DNA of 54,932 bases from a virus (IMGVR_UViG_2939147180_000006:1-54932), one strand, 5' to 3'; counted from the first letter of the stretch, positions 1-10,254 are shown. Notes: a model not told the origin generated them from the sequence alone. Translations and numbers: made by a program.

Positions 1-68
1 ATGGATAACTTAATAAAAAATTCATTTATATTCAATATGTTATGCTTTGTTTTTGTTTTTGATTTATC

Positions 69-92
69 AATTTGGTCACAATTTGGTACACA
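69..92. repeat. 24-bp direct repeat copy (aatttggtcacaatttggtacaca); partner at 54897..54920; candidate att core or integrase arm-type site
   Basis: Read directly: 23/24 identity with the copy at the other window end; each built from two 11-12 bp AATTTGGT(C/A)AC sub-repeats. Confidence 0.4.
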
Positions 93-119
93 AAAAGAAA
101 CGAGGCGTAAGCCTCGTTT
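90..119 (-). terminator. Rho-independent terminator downstream of tail fiber gene
   Basis: Hairpin aaacgaggc-gtaa-gcctcgttt followed on minus strand by TTTCTTTTT, 30 nt beyond the stop at 150. Confidence 0.6.
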
Positions 120-149
120 CGCGCGGCGATGTTCTTCGCACATCACCTC

Positions 150-3100
150 TTATTCTTCGCTTCCGGTCAACTGACTGATAAGCGCTTCAAGTTTTGCTAT
201 CCGCTCATCCATTGCTGCAATGTTAGCTTTCAGGCTTGCGTTCTCCTCTTCCAGTTCGGTGACGCGGTTATCAGTTTCGCGTGCCACCTGGACAAGTAAA
301 CCAGTCACCGCCGCATAGTCAACATTAAGGTAACGTGTTTCTTCTCGTAGCTCGTTGCCGTCAACGGTCGGACCCTGCAATTCTTCACCGTAACGCGTAA
401 ACGATCCTACGGCTTCCGGTAGCGCCTCCATTACTTCCTGTGCAATAACGCCAGCATAAGGAAGGCCGTTTTCCTTGAGCGTGTAGGTGTACCCGTTCAT
501 TTTACGGATTGCTTTCGTCGCGTCTCTGATAACGAGAATATCGTCTTTAAGGTCGCGGTCTGATGACTGATTCAGCGTTGTGCAATTAATAGCGCCATTT
601 ACATCAAACAACTGGCCTGCTGACGTTTTTTGCGCATAAAACAGATACGCAGAAGACGTTCCAACCTCAAAAACGTTTTGTCGATCACTTGATCCCCAGA
701 CCCTGATGCTAACTGGTAGTTCTGCATTACCTGAATTAAGTAAAGCAAAACGATTGCCAGTCCCTGCTTGTTTTCTAATTACTAAATCGGCAGTTGAGTT
801 AACCTCATCTTTGTTGATGGTTAGCGCCTGCGCTGTAGCACCGTTAACAGTGCCACTTAGTAGTTGAACCGCTCCATCATCGCCATTTAACAGCACTTGA
901 GCGCTGCTTCTGTGGTTTTTCAGGAACAACATTTTGCCTGTGCTTTCTGATGTACCTACCGACCATGCCGAATTGGTTCCAGTGCTATCAACACCACGCA
1001 CAGTGCAATTCATGCTGCCATAATCTGACGTACTTCCAAGCACATCAATACGCCCGCCACCTAATTTTGATGGAGTCGTCGAGGTTAACGACCTGACGGT
1101 TACATCCTGATTTCTTCCTGAAACAACAATCTGACTCCATGCAGACCAGTTACCATTTTCACAATAGCGAACGTATATTTGTTTTGTGTCTGTGGCAACA
1201 AGGGTTTGCAAGTTTGTATAATCTGAATCCCTAACCTTACGAATTGACTCTACGCGAAGCAAAAAGTTACCGCCTACGCCGTCAGGCTTATTGGTAATGG
1301 CGTTACCACCAGCGGCATTTGTGCATTGATAATATTTAACTGAACCTTTATCCGCGAACTTAATGACAAGGTCGTTAAGATCTATAGCCTTGCCGTCAAT
1401 GGTTTCTGGATTGATAGATCCCGCCATACCTGCGTTAAATGTGGCAAGGCCAGAAAATGTTGTTTGACCGCCTACCGTTACCCCGCTATCTAGTATTGCT
1501 TGTGTAATTACTCTACTGTTTAGTTTCTGATCAGCGCTACCACCAAAAGCCAGATATCCACTATCGTCAATTCCAAGATATTTTTGTTCAATGTCGCTAA
1601 CCTTGAACCCAATGGATAAATTTTTAAATGCGTCAGTGCGCGTTAAAACCAATGGCGTGTGCTGTGCTCCGCTGATTTTTAACGTAGTATTAGTCGCGTC
1701 AGTTGATGTGTTTGCAAGCTCTGCGGTGGCTCCGCTGATTTTATACGTTACTTTCAAATCGCGGGCTTCTACCCTACCGTCGTGGCGAACAACAAAATCA
1801 CCACTTGATTCACCTTTTGCGTTTTTAGCCCTGATGCGAACTTCGCCAAGCGTATCAGTGTTTTGACCAGCATAGATTATGCCGCGCTCCTGGTTTTGGT
1901 CAGTGTAAAACCGCACAGCGGTAGCACCAGTTCCACCTGTTGCCCGTAGGTAGATCGAAGGAGTTTCTTTACTGATTGTTAAGTCTCCTGACATAACATC
2001 GCCGGATTTTTTCACCTGCGCATCGTTAGTTACGTTGCCAAGTCCAACGTCCGATTTCGACGGCTTATTTTGGGTTCCGTATAGCTCATTTACGGCATAA
2101 GTTGCAGTTTCAAGTTTGTTATCATTGCCAGCGAAAATCTTAACTCTGGCATTTTCGTATTCTATGTTGATCGCCGACCATGTATCACCGCACCGAGAGA
2201 ATATACCAGAACCGTGGGCGTAATGTGTCGCTGTGCTTCCGTTAGGCTTATCAGCACGCCAGAAATGACTACCTTTTGCACGCAGTGCTTTTAATAGCTC
2301 TGTATTGCTCATCATGCCGTTTGATGCCGGACCGCTGCCGCCAAGACCAAAAGCGCCTATAAGCATAGCATTAGAAAGGCCTAAGTCTGCCTTGCTGGGT
2401 TTGTTTACCTGGTCGTAAATCCTTGCTGCCGGGCTTTCAATAAATCCAGAAGGTGCGTCGGTTTGGGTAACATATCCTTCAGGAATGTATAATTCCGTGT
2501 TGCCAGTCTGCGCCAGCACCGCGACTTTTGTTTCTTTAATAAAAGCTCGCTGGTAGCACCAGACCTCGATATAGCCGTCACCTTTAACCAGGCCGTAACG
2601 CATTTGATTATCATTGGGAAGGTTTGGTGAACCGAGTCGGCGAACACTTAAAAATTTAGATATATTTTCACTGGTTACTTCGCCTGTATCGTTAAGACCT
2701 CGAGCGGAGATCTCTATAAAGTCAATATTCCCGTAACTTGAACCGTAGTTACCGCCATTTGTAACCATTAGCGTTAAGTGGCAGCTTACTGACTTTGGAT
2801 CGCTAAGTTTAGCGATCTTAACGTAAGCGCCATTATTGCTAGTTTCAACAGGCCAAGCACATTGGACCATTGGGCTGGTAAGCCTTCCCATTTGATTAAG
2901 ATATTCTTGCGCCCTGTTCTCTGATGTTTTGGCGTTGGTTTCGCTTGTCTTCGCGTTGGTTTCGCTTGTCTTCGCGTTGGTTTCTGATGTTTTCGCTGCT
3001 GTGGCAGATTTTGCAGCCGCTGTTTTTGACGCTTCTGCTGCGTTTTTGTCAGATTCTGTTTTTTGAGCGTTGGCGGTTGATTTGGCTGTTTCTGCGCGAA

Positions 3101-3476
3101 TGTTGGCAAGAAGCTGATCCATCTGACCATCACCGCCGAAATCTTCCCACCACTCTACAGCGGCGGCGATTTCTGTTTCCCTGCCCTGGTAGTAACGCAG
3201 GGTTTCAGCTACGTCCTGAGCAAGCCCATCAACTGAGATCGAGTCAGATAGTAGAATACTGAATTTTGTCCCAGCAGGGATGGCTGGGTTAGCCGCTGGT
3301 GTTACTGACAGTTCAGTGCCGCTCTTGATTTCCGTAATGGTAAAGATCTGTACAGGATTGCCAACAGCAATGAGCGTGCAACCTACACGAATGAGAGAAA
3401 GTGGCGCGGAAAAGTTTGTGCCCGTGCCTGTAACAGTATTGCCACTAATGGCAATTGTTCCAGTTGTGTAAATCAT
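150..3476 (-). CDS. Distal tail fiber protein with C-terminal peptidase-S74-type intramolecular chaperone domain
   Basis: 1108-aa ORF after J; C-terminal segment ...NQSSDRDLKDDILVIRDA... plus coiled coil typical of self-cleaving chaperone domains; AKTSETN tandem repeats near N-terminus; GGAGT RBS. Confidence 0.7.
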   Translation of the reverse strand: MIYTTGTIAISGNTVTGTGTNFSAPLSLIRVGCTLIAVGNPVQIFTITEIKSGTELSVTPAANPAIPAGTKFSILLSDSISVDGLAQDVAETLRYYQGRETEIAAAVEWWEDFGGDGQMDQLLANIRAETAKSTANAQKTESDKNAAEASKTAAAKSATAAKTSETNAKTSETNAKTSETNAKTSENRAQEYLNQMGRLTSPMVQCAWPVETSNNGAYVKIAKLSDPKSVSCHLTLMVTNGGNYGSSYGNIDFIEISARGLNDTGEVTSENISKFLSVRRLGSPNLPNDNQMRYGLVKGDGYIEVWCYQRAFIKETKVAVLAQTGNTELYIPEGYVTQTDAPSGFIESPAARIYDQVNKPSKADLGLSNAMLIGAFGLGGSGPASNGMMSNTELLKALRAKGSHFWRADKPNGSTATHYAHGSGIFSRCGDTWSAINIEYENARVKIFAGNDNKLETATYAVNELYGTQNKPSKSDVGLGNVTNDAQVKKSGDVMSGDLTISKETPSIYLRATGGTGATAVRFYTDQNQERGIIYAGQNTDTLGEVRIRAKNAKGESSGDFVVRHDGRVEARDLKVTYKISGATAELANTSTDATNTTLKISGAQHTPLVLTRTDAFKNLSIGFKVSDIEQKYLGIDDSGYLAFGGSADQKLNSRVITQAILDSGVTVGGQTTFSGLATFNAGMAGSINPETIDGKAIDLNDLVIKFADKGSVKYYQCTNAAGGNAITNKPDGVGGNFLLRVESIRKVRDSDYTNLQTLVATDTKQIYVRYCENGNWSAWSQIVVSGRNQDVTVRSLTSTTPSKLGGGRIDVLGSTSDYGSMNCTVRGVDSTGTNSAWSVGTSESTGKMLFLKNHRSSAQVLLNGDDGAVQLLSGTVNGATAQALTINKDEVNSTADLVIRKQAGTGNRFALLNSGNAELPVSIRVWGSSDRQNVFEVGTSSAYLFYAQKTSAGQLFDVNGAINCTTLNQSSDRDLKDDILVIRDATKAIRKMNGYTYTLKENGLPYAGVIAQEVMEALPEAVGSFTRYGEELQGPTVDGNELREETRYLNVDYAAVTGLLVQVARETDNRVTELEEENASLKANIAAMDERIAKLEALISQLTGSEE
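2919..3000. repeat. About 3.5 copies of a 21-bp tandem repeat inside the tail fiber gene (encodes AKTSETN repeats)
   Basis: Read directly: gcgttggtttcgcttgtcttc repeated head-to-tail. Confidence 0.7.
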
Positions 3477-3560
3477 CGCAATGACTCCATTTTGTTAATT
3501 AACGATATTATTTTAACGCTTTGTCATTGCATGTTCTATTTTTGTGTATACATTATGTAT

Positions 3561-3582
3561 AAAAAACCCCGCGACTGCGGGG
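3561..3582 (-). terminator. Rho-independent terminator immediately after J
   Basis: Minus strand GC hairpin ccccgc-agtc-gcgggg followed by TTTTTT, 7 nt after J stop. Confidence 0.6.
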
Positions 3583-3588
3583 TTGGTG

Positions 3589-6500
3589 TTAGTCGTGTGA
3601 TTCTTCCCATTTATCCCACGTACCGTTACAACGTCCAATTAATATAGTGGGGCAACATAACTGTATTTGTGTTATATCAACCGTGGTTGGCGGCGTATAT
3701 ATCTCGATGACAACATCAACAATCTGATCTGTTACACTGTCTCTACCACAAACAAACATACCGTTGGATTGTTCATTGCCAAATTTTTTCGCATCAAGCA
3801 CTTTCACTCCGTTGATAAATGCGTTTATGTACGAACTGGATAGTAACCCTGTTAATCTTGCCTGGAATAATACGTTTTTATAGGTTCCTTCTGTTGTAGA
3901 GTCAATAAAGCGATAACAAAATCTTGCTACCCTGTAAGTAGTATTAGGTACTTTGCTACTATCAGGGAAAACGTGCATTGCTACAATGTCACCAATGAAT
4001 CTGTTGGCGCGTACAGTTCCTGTAAATGTACCGCTGTCCGCATGTATTTCACCCCTTACAACAACGTTGTTAAATTCTGATGCGCCGCTTTGTGTTATCC
4101 TCCAACCACTGGAACCAGGGACGAAGTTTGCTGATTTAATTTCATTAACAATTTTAGCCATAGTAATGGAGGCATCTGCAATTTTAGCCGTCCCTATTGA
4201 CGCATCCTTAATAAACGCCTCTTTCACATACATTGCGCCGTTAGTGACATAGAATGGCGATGTATATGAACCGTTTGCTGCGGTCATTAACACGAAACGG
4301 TCAACAAGGAAAATACACTGCGACTGAAAGTTAGTGCCGTCACCAGTAAGGCCAAGCGACATACCTGCTGCGTATTTTACGCCATTGCTATCTGTGGCGA
4401 GCTTGATTGAATATGTCGCATCAACATTACCCTTAAAGTCGGTTAATGCTTTCGATGTCGTCTCTATTGCCGTCTTATTCCCGTTAACGGTCACTGTTAA
4501 CTGATCAATTTTCGTTGACAACGCCTCGTCTGCCGTAGCCATTGTCTGCGACCATTCTGTAATACTTGCGTTTACTGATTCGAAAGACGCTGAGATCTGG
4601 CTAAATTTTTCTGCGCTTGATGTTTCATGCGTAGAGAGCGCCGTTGACACTTCAGATACTTTTGAGTTGATTGTGCTGGTAAGCGATGCGCTAAGGCCGC
4701 TTATTGCGTCTGCGCGTGCTTTTGTTTCATCGGCGATGGCTTTGTCCATCCTGGTGACGTTGCTTGTCACTTTATTATCAAGCGTGCTGACACTTGCGCT
4801 AACTTCGCTGATAGCTTGTCCTCTGGCGCTTGTTTCGTCAGCAATTGCCTGATCAAGGCGGTTAACGCTTGCTTCGGTTTTCTTATCAAGGTCGGTGATC
4901 GATGCGCTTACCCCGCTAATGGCTTCCGCTGTCGCTTTTTTCTCTTCAGCAATAACGTTGTCAATACGGTCAATTTGCGCGTTTGTTTCTCTGCGGCCTT
5001 TCTTGTATTGGGCCGTAAGAGTAACTCGCGTGTTGGTTTGAGCGATTGAGTTATTGATAAGTGCAATAGATGCGTTTTGCAGGCTTGCTTTTGCCTGATT
5101 TATTTCGTCGCTGTTTTTGCCAACATTATTTTCAACAGCGCCAAGATTTGCGCTGAGGCCTGATATTGCTTGTGCACGGGCGCTTGATTCATCGGCAATT
5201 GCCTGATCAAGACGTTTAACGCTGGCGTTTGTGTTGTTCTCAAGCGTTGTTAAGTCTGCTTTAACCTCTGTTATTGCGTCGCTTCTTGCCTTCGTTTCGT
5301 CTGATATTGCTTTATCAAGGCGGGAAACGCTGGCGTCAGTTTTCTTGTCAAGGGTGTCTATCGACGCCTTCACGCCGCTGATGGCCTGTGCGCGTGCGCT
5401 GGCCTCGTCAGCGATGGCCTGGTCGAGTCTGTTCACCTCTGATTCAGTGTTGCTTTCAAGCGTGCTGATGCTTGCATTAACGCTGCTGATAGCGTCAGTG
5501 CGCGCCTTAGTTTCGTCTGCAATCGCTTTATCAAGGCGGCTAACGTTACTTGTAACCTTGCCGTCGAGTGCGGAAATTGACGCATTCACACCGTTGATGG
5601 CTTCGGTTCTCGCGCTTGTTTCATCCGCAATGGCTTTATCAAGGCGGCTTATGCTTGAATCGGTTTTCTTGTCGAGCGCTGATACTGAGGCATTTACCCC
5701 GCTAATAGCTTCGCTGCGTGCGCTTGTTTCGTCAGCAATAGCTTTATCCAGGCGTTTAACGCTGGCGTCAGTTCTCTTATCAAGTACCGAGATACTTGCG
5801 TTAACGTCACTGACCGCCTGTGTGCGGGCGTTCGTTTCATCTGCAATAGCCTGATCAAGCCTATTGACGCTGGCATCCGTTTTCTTGTCGAGATTGCTTA
5901 TTGAGGCGTTCACACCGTTAATAGCTTCAGCGCGGGCACTAGCCTCGTCAGCCACTGCGCGTTCCACACTGGAGATCTGACCTTTAAGGTTGGAATCCAT
6001 CGCGTTCATTTCTGCCGTGATGGTTTTCAGTGATTCAGCCGTTGCTTTTTTCTCTTCAGCGATAACGTTGTCAATACGGTCAATTTCCGCTTTCGTTTCC
6101 GTTCTGCCTTTTTTGTACTGGGCGGTAAGGGTAACGCGCGTGTTTGTCTGTGCAAGCGAGTTGTTGATAAGCGCCAATGACGCGTTTTGCAGGCTTGCTT
6201 TTGCTTGCTCCAGTTCACTGCCAACTTTTTCGCTGGACACTTCTAATAGGTCAATCCTGGACTCATGCTGACCAATATCATCGGCGTTTTCCTTAACTTT
6301 TTTGTAAAGATCTTCCGTTTCTTTTTTAAGTGTATCGGTGTCAGCTTTTATTGTTCCTGTTTCTGTGATCAGGTTGTCAGTGTCAGTTCTTAAATCTTCG
6401 GTTATGTTGGTCAGGTTGTCGGTTTCAGTTCTTAAATCGTCAGTTATGTTGGTCAGGTTATCAGTTGCAGTTTTGAGGTTGTCGGTCGCTGTTTTTAGTT

Positions 6501-9030
6501 CATTTGTAGCATTTTCAATAACATCCGTGCGATCGCCAAGATCTTTGATGTCACCAATCATTTCCTTGAACTGTTCTGAGTTCATCACGTCTTTGGTGAC
6601 GTAATCGCTGATTTCATCAAAATTCTCTGTCGGCTTACCTGATGCCTCCACAAAGTCAGACACGCCAAAAGCATTGCGTGTGCGCACATAAACGTAATAG
6701 GTGTGGCCCGTGTTCATGCCGCCAAACGTCCACTGATGACCACGCCCAGTATATTGTGCCTTAGTGGTTACTGATGCCGGATCGGTGATCTGCGTTTCAC
6801 CTGAGTAATAAAACTCGTAACTTGTATCAGTGGTAAGCGTTGTTCTGCTGATTGGGTAAACTGTAGCCTGAAATACACCGGGAACCCAATTAACTCCTAC
6901 CGGGGCCGCTGGTGCGCCAATAACCAGATCCACAATGCTTTCCGCGCCCTTCATGCCTGTGTCATTTCTGCCACGAATGCCTAATGAGTAATTGCCAGCA
7001 TCAATACCATAAAAATCATAACTGTAATTCGTAGTCTCGTAGCTTTTAACTACGGCCCCATCTGAATTATATACGCGGATTTCAAAGGTCAGGCGATGAG
7101 TTGTCGTCAGTGTTTCCCATGTTGCGCGGCATTGAACTGTTTCAGATCCAATGTTTAACACCTTCAGGTTTTCAATGTTCGGCACGCGGAAGTGATTAAG
7201 TGTGTCGTTGTTGACCTCAAAGATTGCGCCAGTATCTACTACAGCCTGTTTGTGAGGGTCATGCTGTGATGCCTCTATAGTGTACACGCTGTTATTTTCT
7301 GTTTCTGCTACACTGGTGATTCTACACAATACTGGTTTTGCTGCGCTAGTTGACACCGCAAATACAGTACCGTTACGAATCCATGCCGGGGCTGATGCAA
7401 GGGTAATTTTATTTCCGCTAACTCCGGTGATCTGGTGTTTTTTAAATTTGCCATCACTATCAAGCAAGCTAATGGTGTCGCCAGGGGCGATATATTCAGA
7501 ATCAACCTTATCGACAGTGATAACCCTGCCATTGTTTGCCACGATACGACCGCCTAGACGAGCGCCAGAGCGGTTATTGTCGAGTATCTCGATAATATCA
7601 CCGGGGGTGAAGTGAATTGCGTCACGGGCCATTTTAAACGTGAATTTAGACGGCTCGCGTTTTGCTGTTTCTATCAGCCATTTGCCAGCGCGGTACGCTT
7701 GCCCGCGTGACGTGCATCCGAACGCCTCCAACGTGGTTTCGTTATAACCATCGCGGGCGATTAGTTCATCATCCGCCACGTATTCTTTTGATTGCTCCCA
7801 GCCGTTTTCCGGGTCAGTCCATGATACGATCACGGCGTTGTAACACTCTGCAAGCGGAAGACTTGAGCGAGTAAACGCGCCATCAACGACGTTTGCGTTT
7901 GTGATGGTGGCAATTGGATCCTGTGGCGCATCAATCATCACGGTAAGGCGTTGCCCGTCCCATAACGCGATACCACGGAACATACCTGCGATGTTATCCA
8001 GTAGGTCGCGGGCGCTCATTTGCTCCGTAATGTAAGCGTTGAGAGTCATGCGAGGTTCAAGGCCACCATAGCCATCATCAACCAACTGATCGCAGTATTG
8101 AGAAAGCACATACAAAGCGCCATCATCAACATCAATGTAACCAGCATGTCGAGCAAGCCCGAAGCGCTCGTTTTTAACCAGATACCGGAAAATCCACGCA
8201 GGGTTATTGGTGTACGCTTTTTTGAATCCACCAAGCCATAAACCCGAATATGTGCGCGTTTCTGTGTTGTAGTTATCAGGAACATCAACAATCAGGCCGC
8301 GAAGGTGATAGGTACGGGTGGGTGTATCAGTATACTGATCATGGTCAATTACAGCGCCAGCTACAGCGGTATGAGGATAAGACAGATTATCATCTATTAT
8401 TTCGCTGTAACTACTCCACCGCGTATCATTTCGCAATAGATCGCTGTTGCTGTCTGCTGTTATGCGACGCACGCGAATATCAAACGGTTTTTCATTGGGC
8501 GCGTCTATGACATGAGCTTCCAGATACTCACCACTCTGTTTGCCTGGCCCAATAGTAATAATTTTAATTTGCGACCACGTAGAAGATGATGACGGTTTAA
8601 CATCAACCATCAACATAACGGACGTATTGTATTGATTGCCCTTATCATCTGACTGAACGAGAGCATCAACACCAAGATTCAACCTGACGCGGGTAACGTT
8701 TGGATCTGAAACAGTCCTGATTATTGGTGTGTCGTGAGTTACCTTTGCGTTGACAATAACGGTTGATTCGATGGCATTAAAACCATTAATCGGCGATTGG
8801 TCAGCCGTGCCGTTGCGCCAGGCTATACTAATCCCCGGGATTGATGTATTCCCGTTTGCGTCAGTAACAGGCGTGCCATTAAGCATCACATCATTTAGTG
8901 GCGCTTTCTGGTTTACAGGACCGTATATTGGCCCTTCGCTGAGAATATCTAAAACACGATAAAACTGTTTATGATACAGGTTATCGTTTAATAATACTGG
9001 TGTTTTGGCTTTGCCGCCGCCGCTACTCAT
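3589..9030 (-). CDS. J: Tail tip / host specificity protein J homolog with expanded central coiled-coil repeat region
   Basis: 1813 aa; N-terminal and core segments (WSSYSEIID, YHLRGLIVDVPDNY..YSGLW, NPAWIFRYL) resemble lambda J; position after I/K/L. Confidence 0.85.
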   Translation of the reverse strand: MSSGGGKAKTPVLLNDNLYHKQFYRVLDILSEGPIYGPVNQKAPLNDVMLNGTPVTDANGNTSIPGISIAWRNGTADQSPINGFNAIESTVIVNAKVTHDTPIIRTVSDPNVTRVRLNLGVDALVQSDDKGNQYNTSVMLMVDVKPSSSSTWSQIKIITIGPGKQSGEYLEAHVIDAPNEKPFDIRVRRITADSNSDLLRNDTRWSSYSEIIDDNLSYPHTAVAGAVIDHDQYTDTPTRTYHLRGLIVDVPDNYNTETRTYSGLWLGGFKKAYTNNPAWIFRYLVKNERFGLARHAGYIDVDDGALYVLSQYCDQLVDDGYGGLEPRMTLNAYITEQMSARDLLDNIAGMFRGIALWDGQRLTVMIDAPQDPIATITNANVVDGAFTRSSLPLAECYNAVIVSWTDPENGWEQSKEYVADDELIARDGYNETTLEAFGCTSRGQAYRAGKWLIETAKREPSKFTFKMARDAIHFTPGDIIEILDNNRSGARLGGRIVANNGRVITVDKVDSEYIAPGDTISLLDSDGKFKKHQITGVSGNKITLASAPAWIRNGTVFAVSTSAAKPVLCRITSVAETENNSVYTIEASQHDPHKQAVVDTGAIFEVNNDTLNHFRVPNIENLKVLNIGSETVQCRATWETLTTTHRLTFEIRVYNSDGAVVKSYETTNYSYDFYGIDAGNYSLGIRGRNDTGMKGAESIVDLVIGAPAAPVGVNWVPGVFQATVYPISRTTLTTDTSYEFYYSGETQITDPASVTTKAQYTGRGHQWTFGGMNTGHTYYVYVRTRNAFGVSDFVEASGKPTENFDEISDYVTKDVMNSEQFKEMIGDIKDLGDRTDVIENATNELKTATDNLKTATDNLTNITDDLRTETDNLTNITEDLRTDTDNLITETGTIKADTDTLKKETEDLYKKVKENADDIGQHESRIDLLEVSSEKVGSELEQAKASLQNASLALINNSLAQTNTRVTLTAQYKKGRTETKAEIDRIDNVIAEEKKATAESLKTITAEMNAMDSNLKGQISSVERAVADEASARAEAINGVNASISNLDKKTDASVNRLDQAIADETNARTQAVSDVNASISVLDKRTDASVKRLDKAIADETSARSEAISGVNASVSALDKKTDSSISRLDKAIADETSARTEAINGVNASISALDGKVTSNVSRLDKAIADETKARTDAISSVNASISTLESNTESEVNRLDQAIADEASARAQAISGVKASIDTLDKKTDASVSRLDKAISDETKARSDAITEVKADLTTLENNTNASVKRLDQAIADESSARAQAISGLSANLGAVENNVGKNSDEINQAKASLQNASIALINNSIAQTNTRVTLTAQYKKGRRETNAQIDRIDNVIAEEKKATAEAISGVSASITDLDKKTEASVNRLDQAIADETSARGQAISEVSASVSTLDNKVTSNVTRMDKAIADETKARADAISGLSASLTSTINSKVSEVSTALSTHETSSAEKFSQISASFESVNASITEWSQTMATADEALSTKIDQLTVTVNGNKTAIETTSKALTDFKGNVDATYSIKLATDSNGVKYAAGMSLGLTGDGTNFQSQCIFLVDRFVLMTAANGSYTSPFYVTNGAMYVKEAFIKDASIGTAKIADASITMAKIVNEIKSANFVPGSSGWRITQSGASEFNNVVVRGEIHADSGTFTGTVRANRFIGDIVAMHVFPDSSKVPNTTYRVARFCYRFIDSTTEGTYKNVLFQARLTGLLSSSYINAFINGVKVLDAKKFGNEQSNGMFVCGRDSVTDQIVDVVIEIYTPPTTVDITQIQLCCPTILIGRCNGTWDKWEESHD
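4690..5960. repeat. About 10 copies of a ~108-bp (36-aa) coding repeat inside J, plus a ~180-bp duplication (approx 4890-5070 vs 6040-6220)
   Basis: Protein repeat AIADETSARxxAIxGVNASISxLDKKTDASVxRLDK iterated; DNA lines visibly periodic; boundaries approximate. Confidence 0.7.
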
Positions 9031-9043
9031 GGCTTTTCTCCTG

Positions 9044-9574
9044 TTAACTTACAACGTCTAGGGCGTCTTTGTTGTTACTTGTGTCTATGCCTAACGATCC
9101 GACGTTTGAACCTATTTTCATTTCACCAAACAGGATTGGCACTGGCCTGCCCTGTCCAACCTTGTTTTCAATACTGGTGTAGGTGTTGTTCGTTATGGTG
9201 TTATCTTGTGCGCTTTCTGCTGATGTTTTTATCTTCATGTTGCGTGACATAAAGATCGAGAATGCAACGCTAACCACTGAAACACCAATCAGGATCCAGC
9301 CTACAACACCAATCCCAGCAATACCGCCTTCAACTACAGGCGCAATAATGACGGTAGTTCCGTCAGGGTATTTACTGTTAACCGCTGCCGGGGCCGTCTT
9401 TTCGTTATAATCTTTCCCGGCAATCCGTAACCGCAAAGGTGTATTTAAAAAAGCCTTCTTGAACTCCTGATTCTGCGCGGTCAATAGGCTAAGTCCCTGC
9501 GATGGCGTATCAACGTTTAAACACACCTTGCCGTAATATCTTCGAAGATTGCCCGTAAATCTAAATTTGAGCAT
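9044..9574 (-). CDS. I: Tail assembly protein I homolog
   Basis: 176 aa; LRIAGKDY and GEMKIGSNVG segments resemble lambda I; hydrophobic central stretch; overlaps K 3' end. Confidence 0.7.
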   Translation of the reverse strand: MLKFRFTGNLRRYYGKVCLNVDTPSQGLSLLTAQNQEFKKAFLNTPLRLRIAGKDYNEKTAPAAVNSKYPDGTTVIIAPVVEGGIAGIGVVGWILIGVSVVSVAFSIFMSRNMKIKTSAESAQDNTITNNTYTSIENKVGQGRPVPILFGEMKIGSNVGSLGIDTSNNKDALDVVS

Positions 9575-10254
9575 TTGTCAGATCTCCATATTGAATTGGT
9601 CTGTCGAACATACGCGGGCCGCATTTGCTCGCGGCGGCTTAACAGTCCGGCATTGTCATGATGTAAAACAGTGTTATCGCCCAGGTAAATCATCGCGTGG
9701 CATGGATCTGCACCCTTAAACGGCTGGCGAACAATCACATCACCAGGCTGAATACTTTGCGCGTCAACCATGAAAAACCCGTTCAATGGCAGGTTTTTTA
9801 TGTACAGGTTTTCTCCACGCAGCCACCACCCATCGTGGCGCTCAAAGTCCGGTAGATCCACGCCGCAAAGGTGATAGGCGTCACGAAAAAGCGAGTAGCA
9901 ATCTGTTTTCCCGTGTTCAAATTTACGGCCTAACAGGTGCGCTACCGGGCGGAATTTTCTTACCCTGCCACCGGAACATAAAAACCACGGTAGGCCGGAA
10001 ATAACCTGCTGTTGTCGATCCCGTGCTGACAATACCAATGAATCGTTAGTATGTGAGTGAAAAACGGCTGTTATAACGCCTAATTCGTCAGCTTTGATAT
10101 AATCGTCAGGCGAGATTTTAAAGCTGTTGTGCGGCGTTTCAGACACGTTTAAACACGGGTAAAAATAATCGTTATCTATCACCAGCCCGCATACTTCCTC
10201 GTCAGGGTGGGCCGCTGCATAGCGAATCATTTTATCTTCAATCGCCATAATCAA
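9517..10254 (-). CDS. K: Tail assembly protein K homolog (JAB/MPN plus NlpC/P60-like)
   Basis: 245 aa; EEVCGLV...HSHTNDS JAMM-like motif; position between L and I. Confidence 0.8.
   Translation of the reverse strand: MIMAIEDKMIRYAAAHPDEEVCGLVIDNDYFYPCLNVSETPHNSFKISPDDYIKADELGVITAVFHSHTNDSLVLSARDRQQQVISGLPWFLCSGGRVRKFRPVAHLLGRKFEHGKTDCYSLFRDAYHLCGVDLPDFERHDGWWLRGENLYIKNLPLNGFFMVDAQSIQPGDVIVRQPFKGADPCHAMIYLGDNTVLHHDNAGLLSRREQMRPAYVRQTNSIWRSDKCSNLDLRAIFEDITARCV

Noticed and set aside
1-174. 57-aa plus-strand ORF beginning at the first base of the window
   Set aside because: Overlaps the tail fiber terminator and the tail fiber 3' end on the opposite strand; low-complexity composition; probably an artefact of window boundary choice.
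1591-3471. Track ORFs inside the tail fiber gene (1591..1866, 2405..2647, 2786..3133, 2924..3262, 3280..3471)
   Set aside because: Antisense or out-of-frame within a long, well-supported coding region; repeat-driven composition; no RBS.
4690-5960. CRISPR array possibility for the periodic repeats
   Set aside because: Repeats are about 108 bp, in-frame and protein-coding within J, with no spacer-repeat structure or cas genes; not a CRISPR array.
3953-8962. Multiple track ORFs antisense or out of frame within J (for example 5231..5854, 5990..6271, 6338..6604, 7280..7615, 8750..8962)
   Set aside because: Embedded in the J coding region; the longest (5231..5854) is created by the coding tandem repeats and has repetitive low-complexity sequence.
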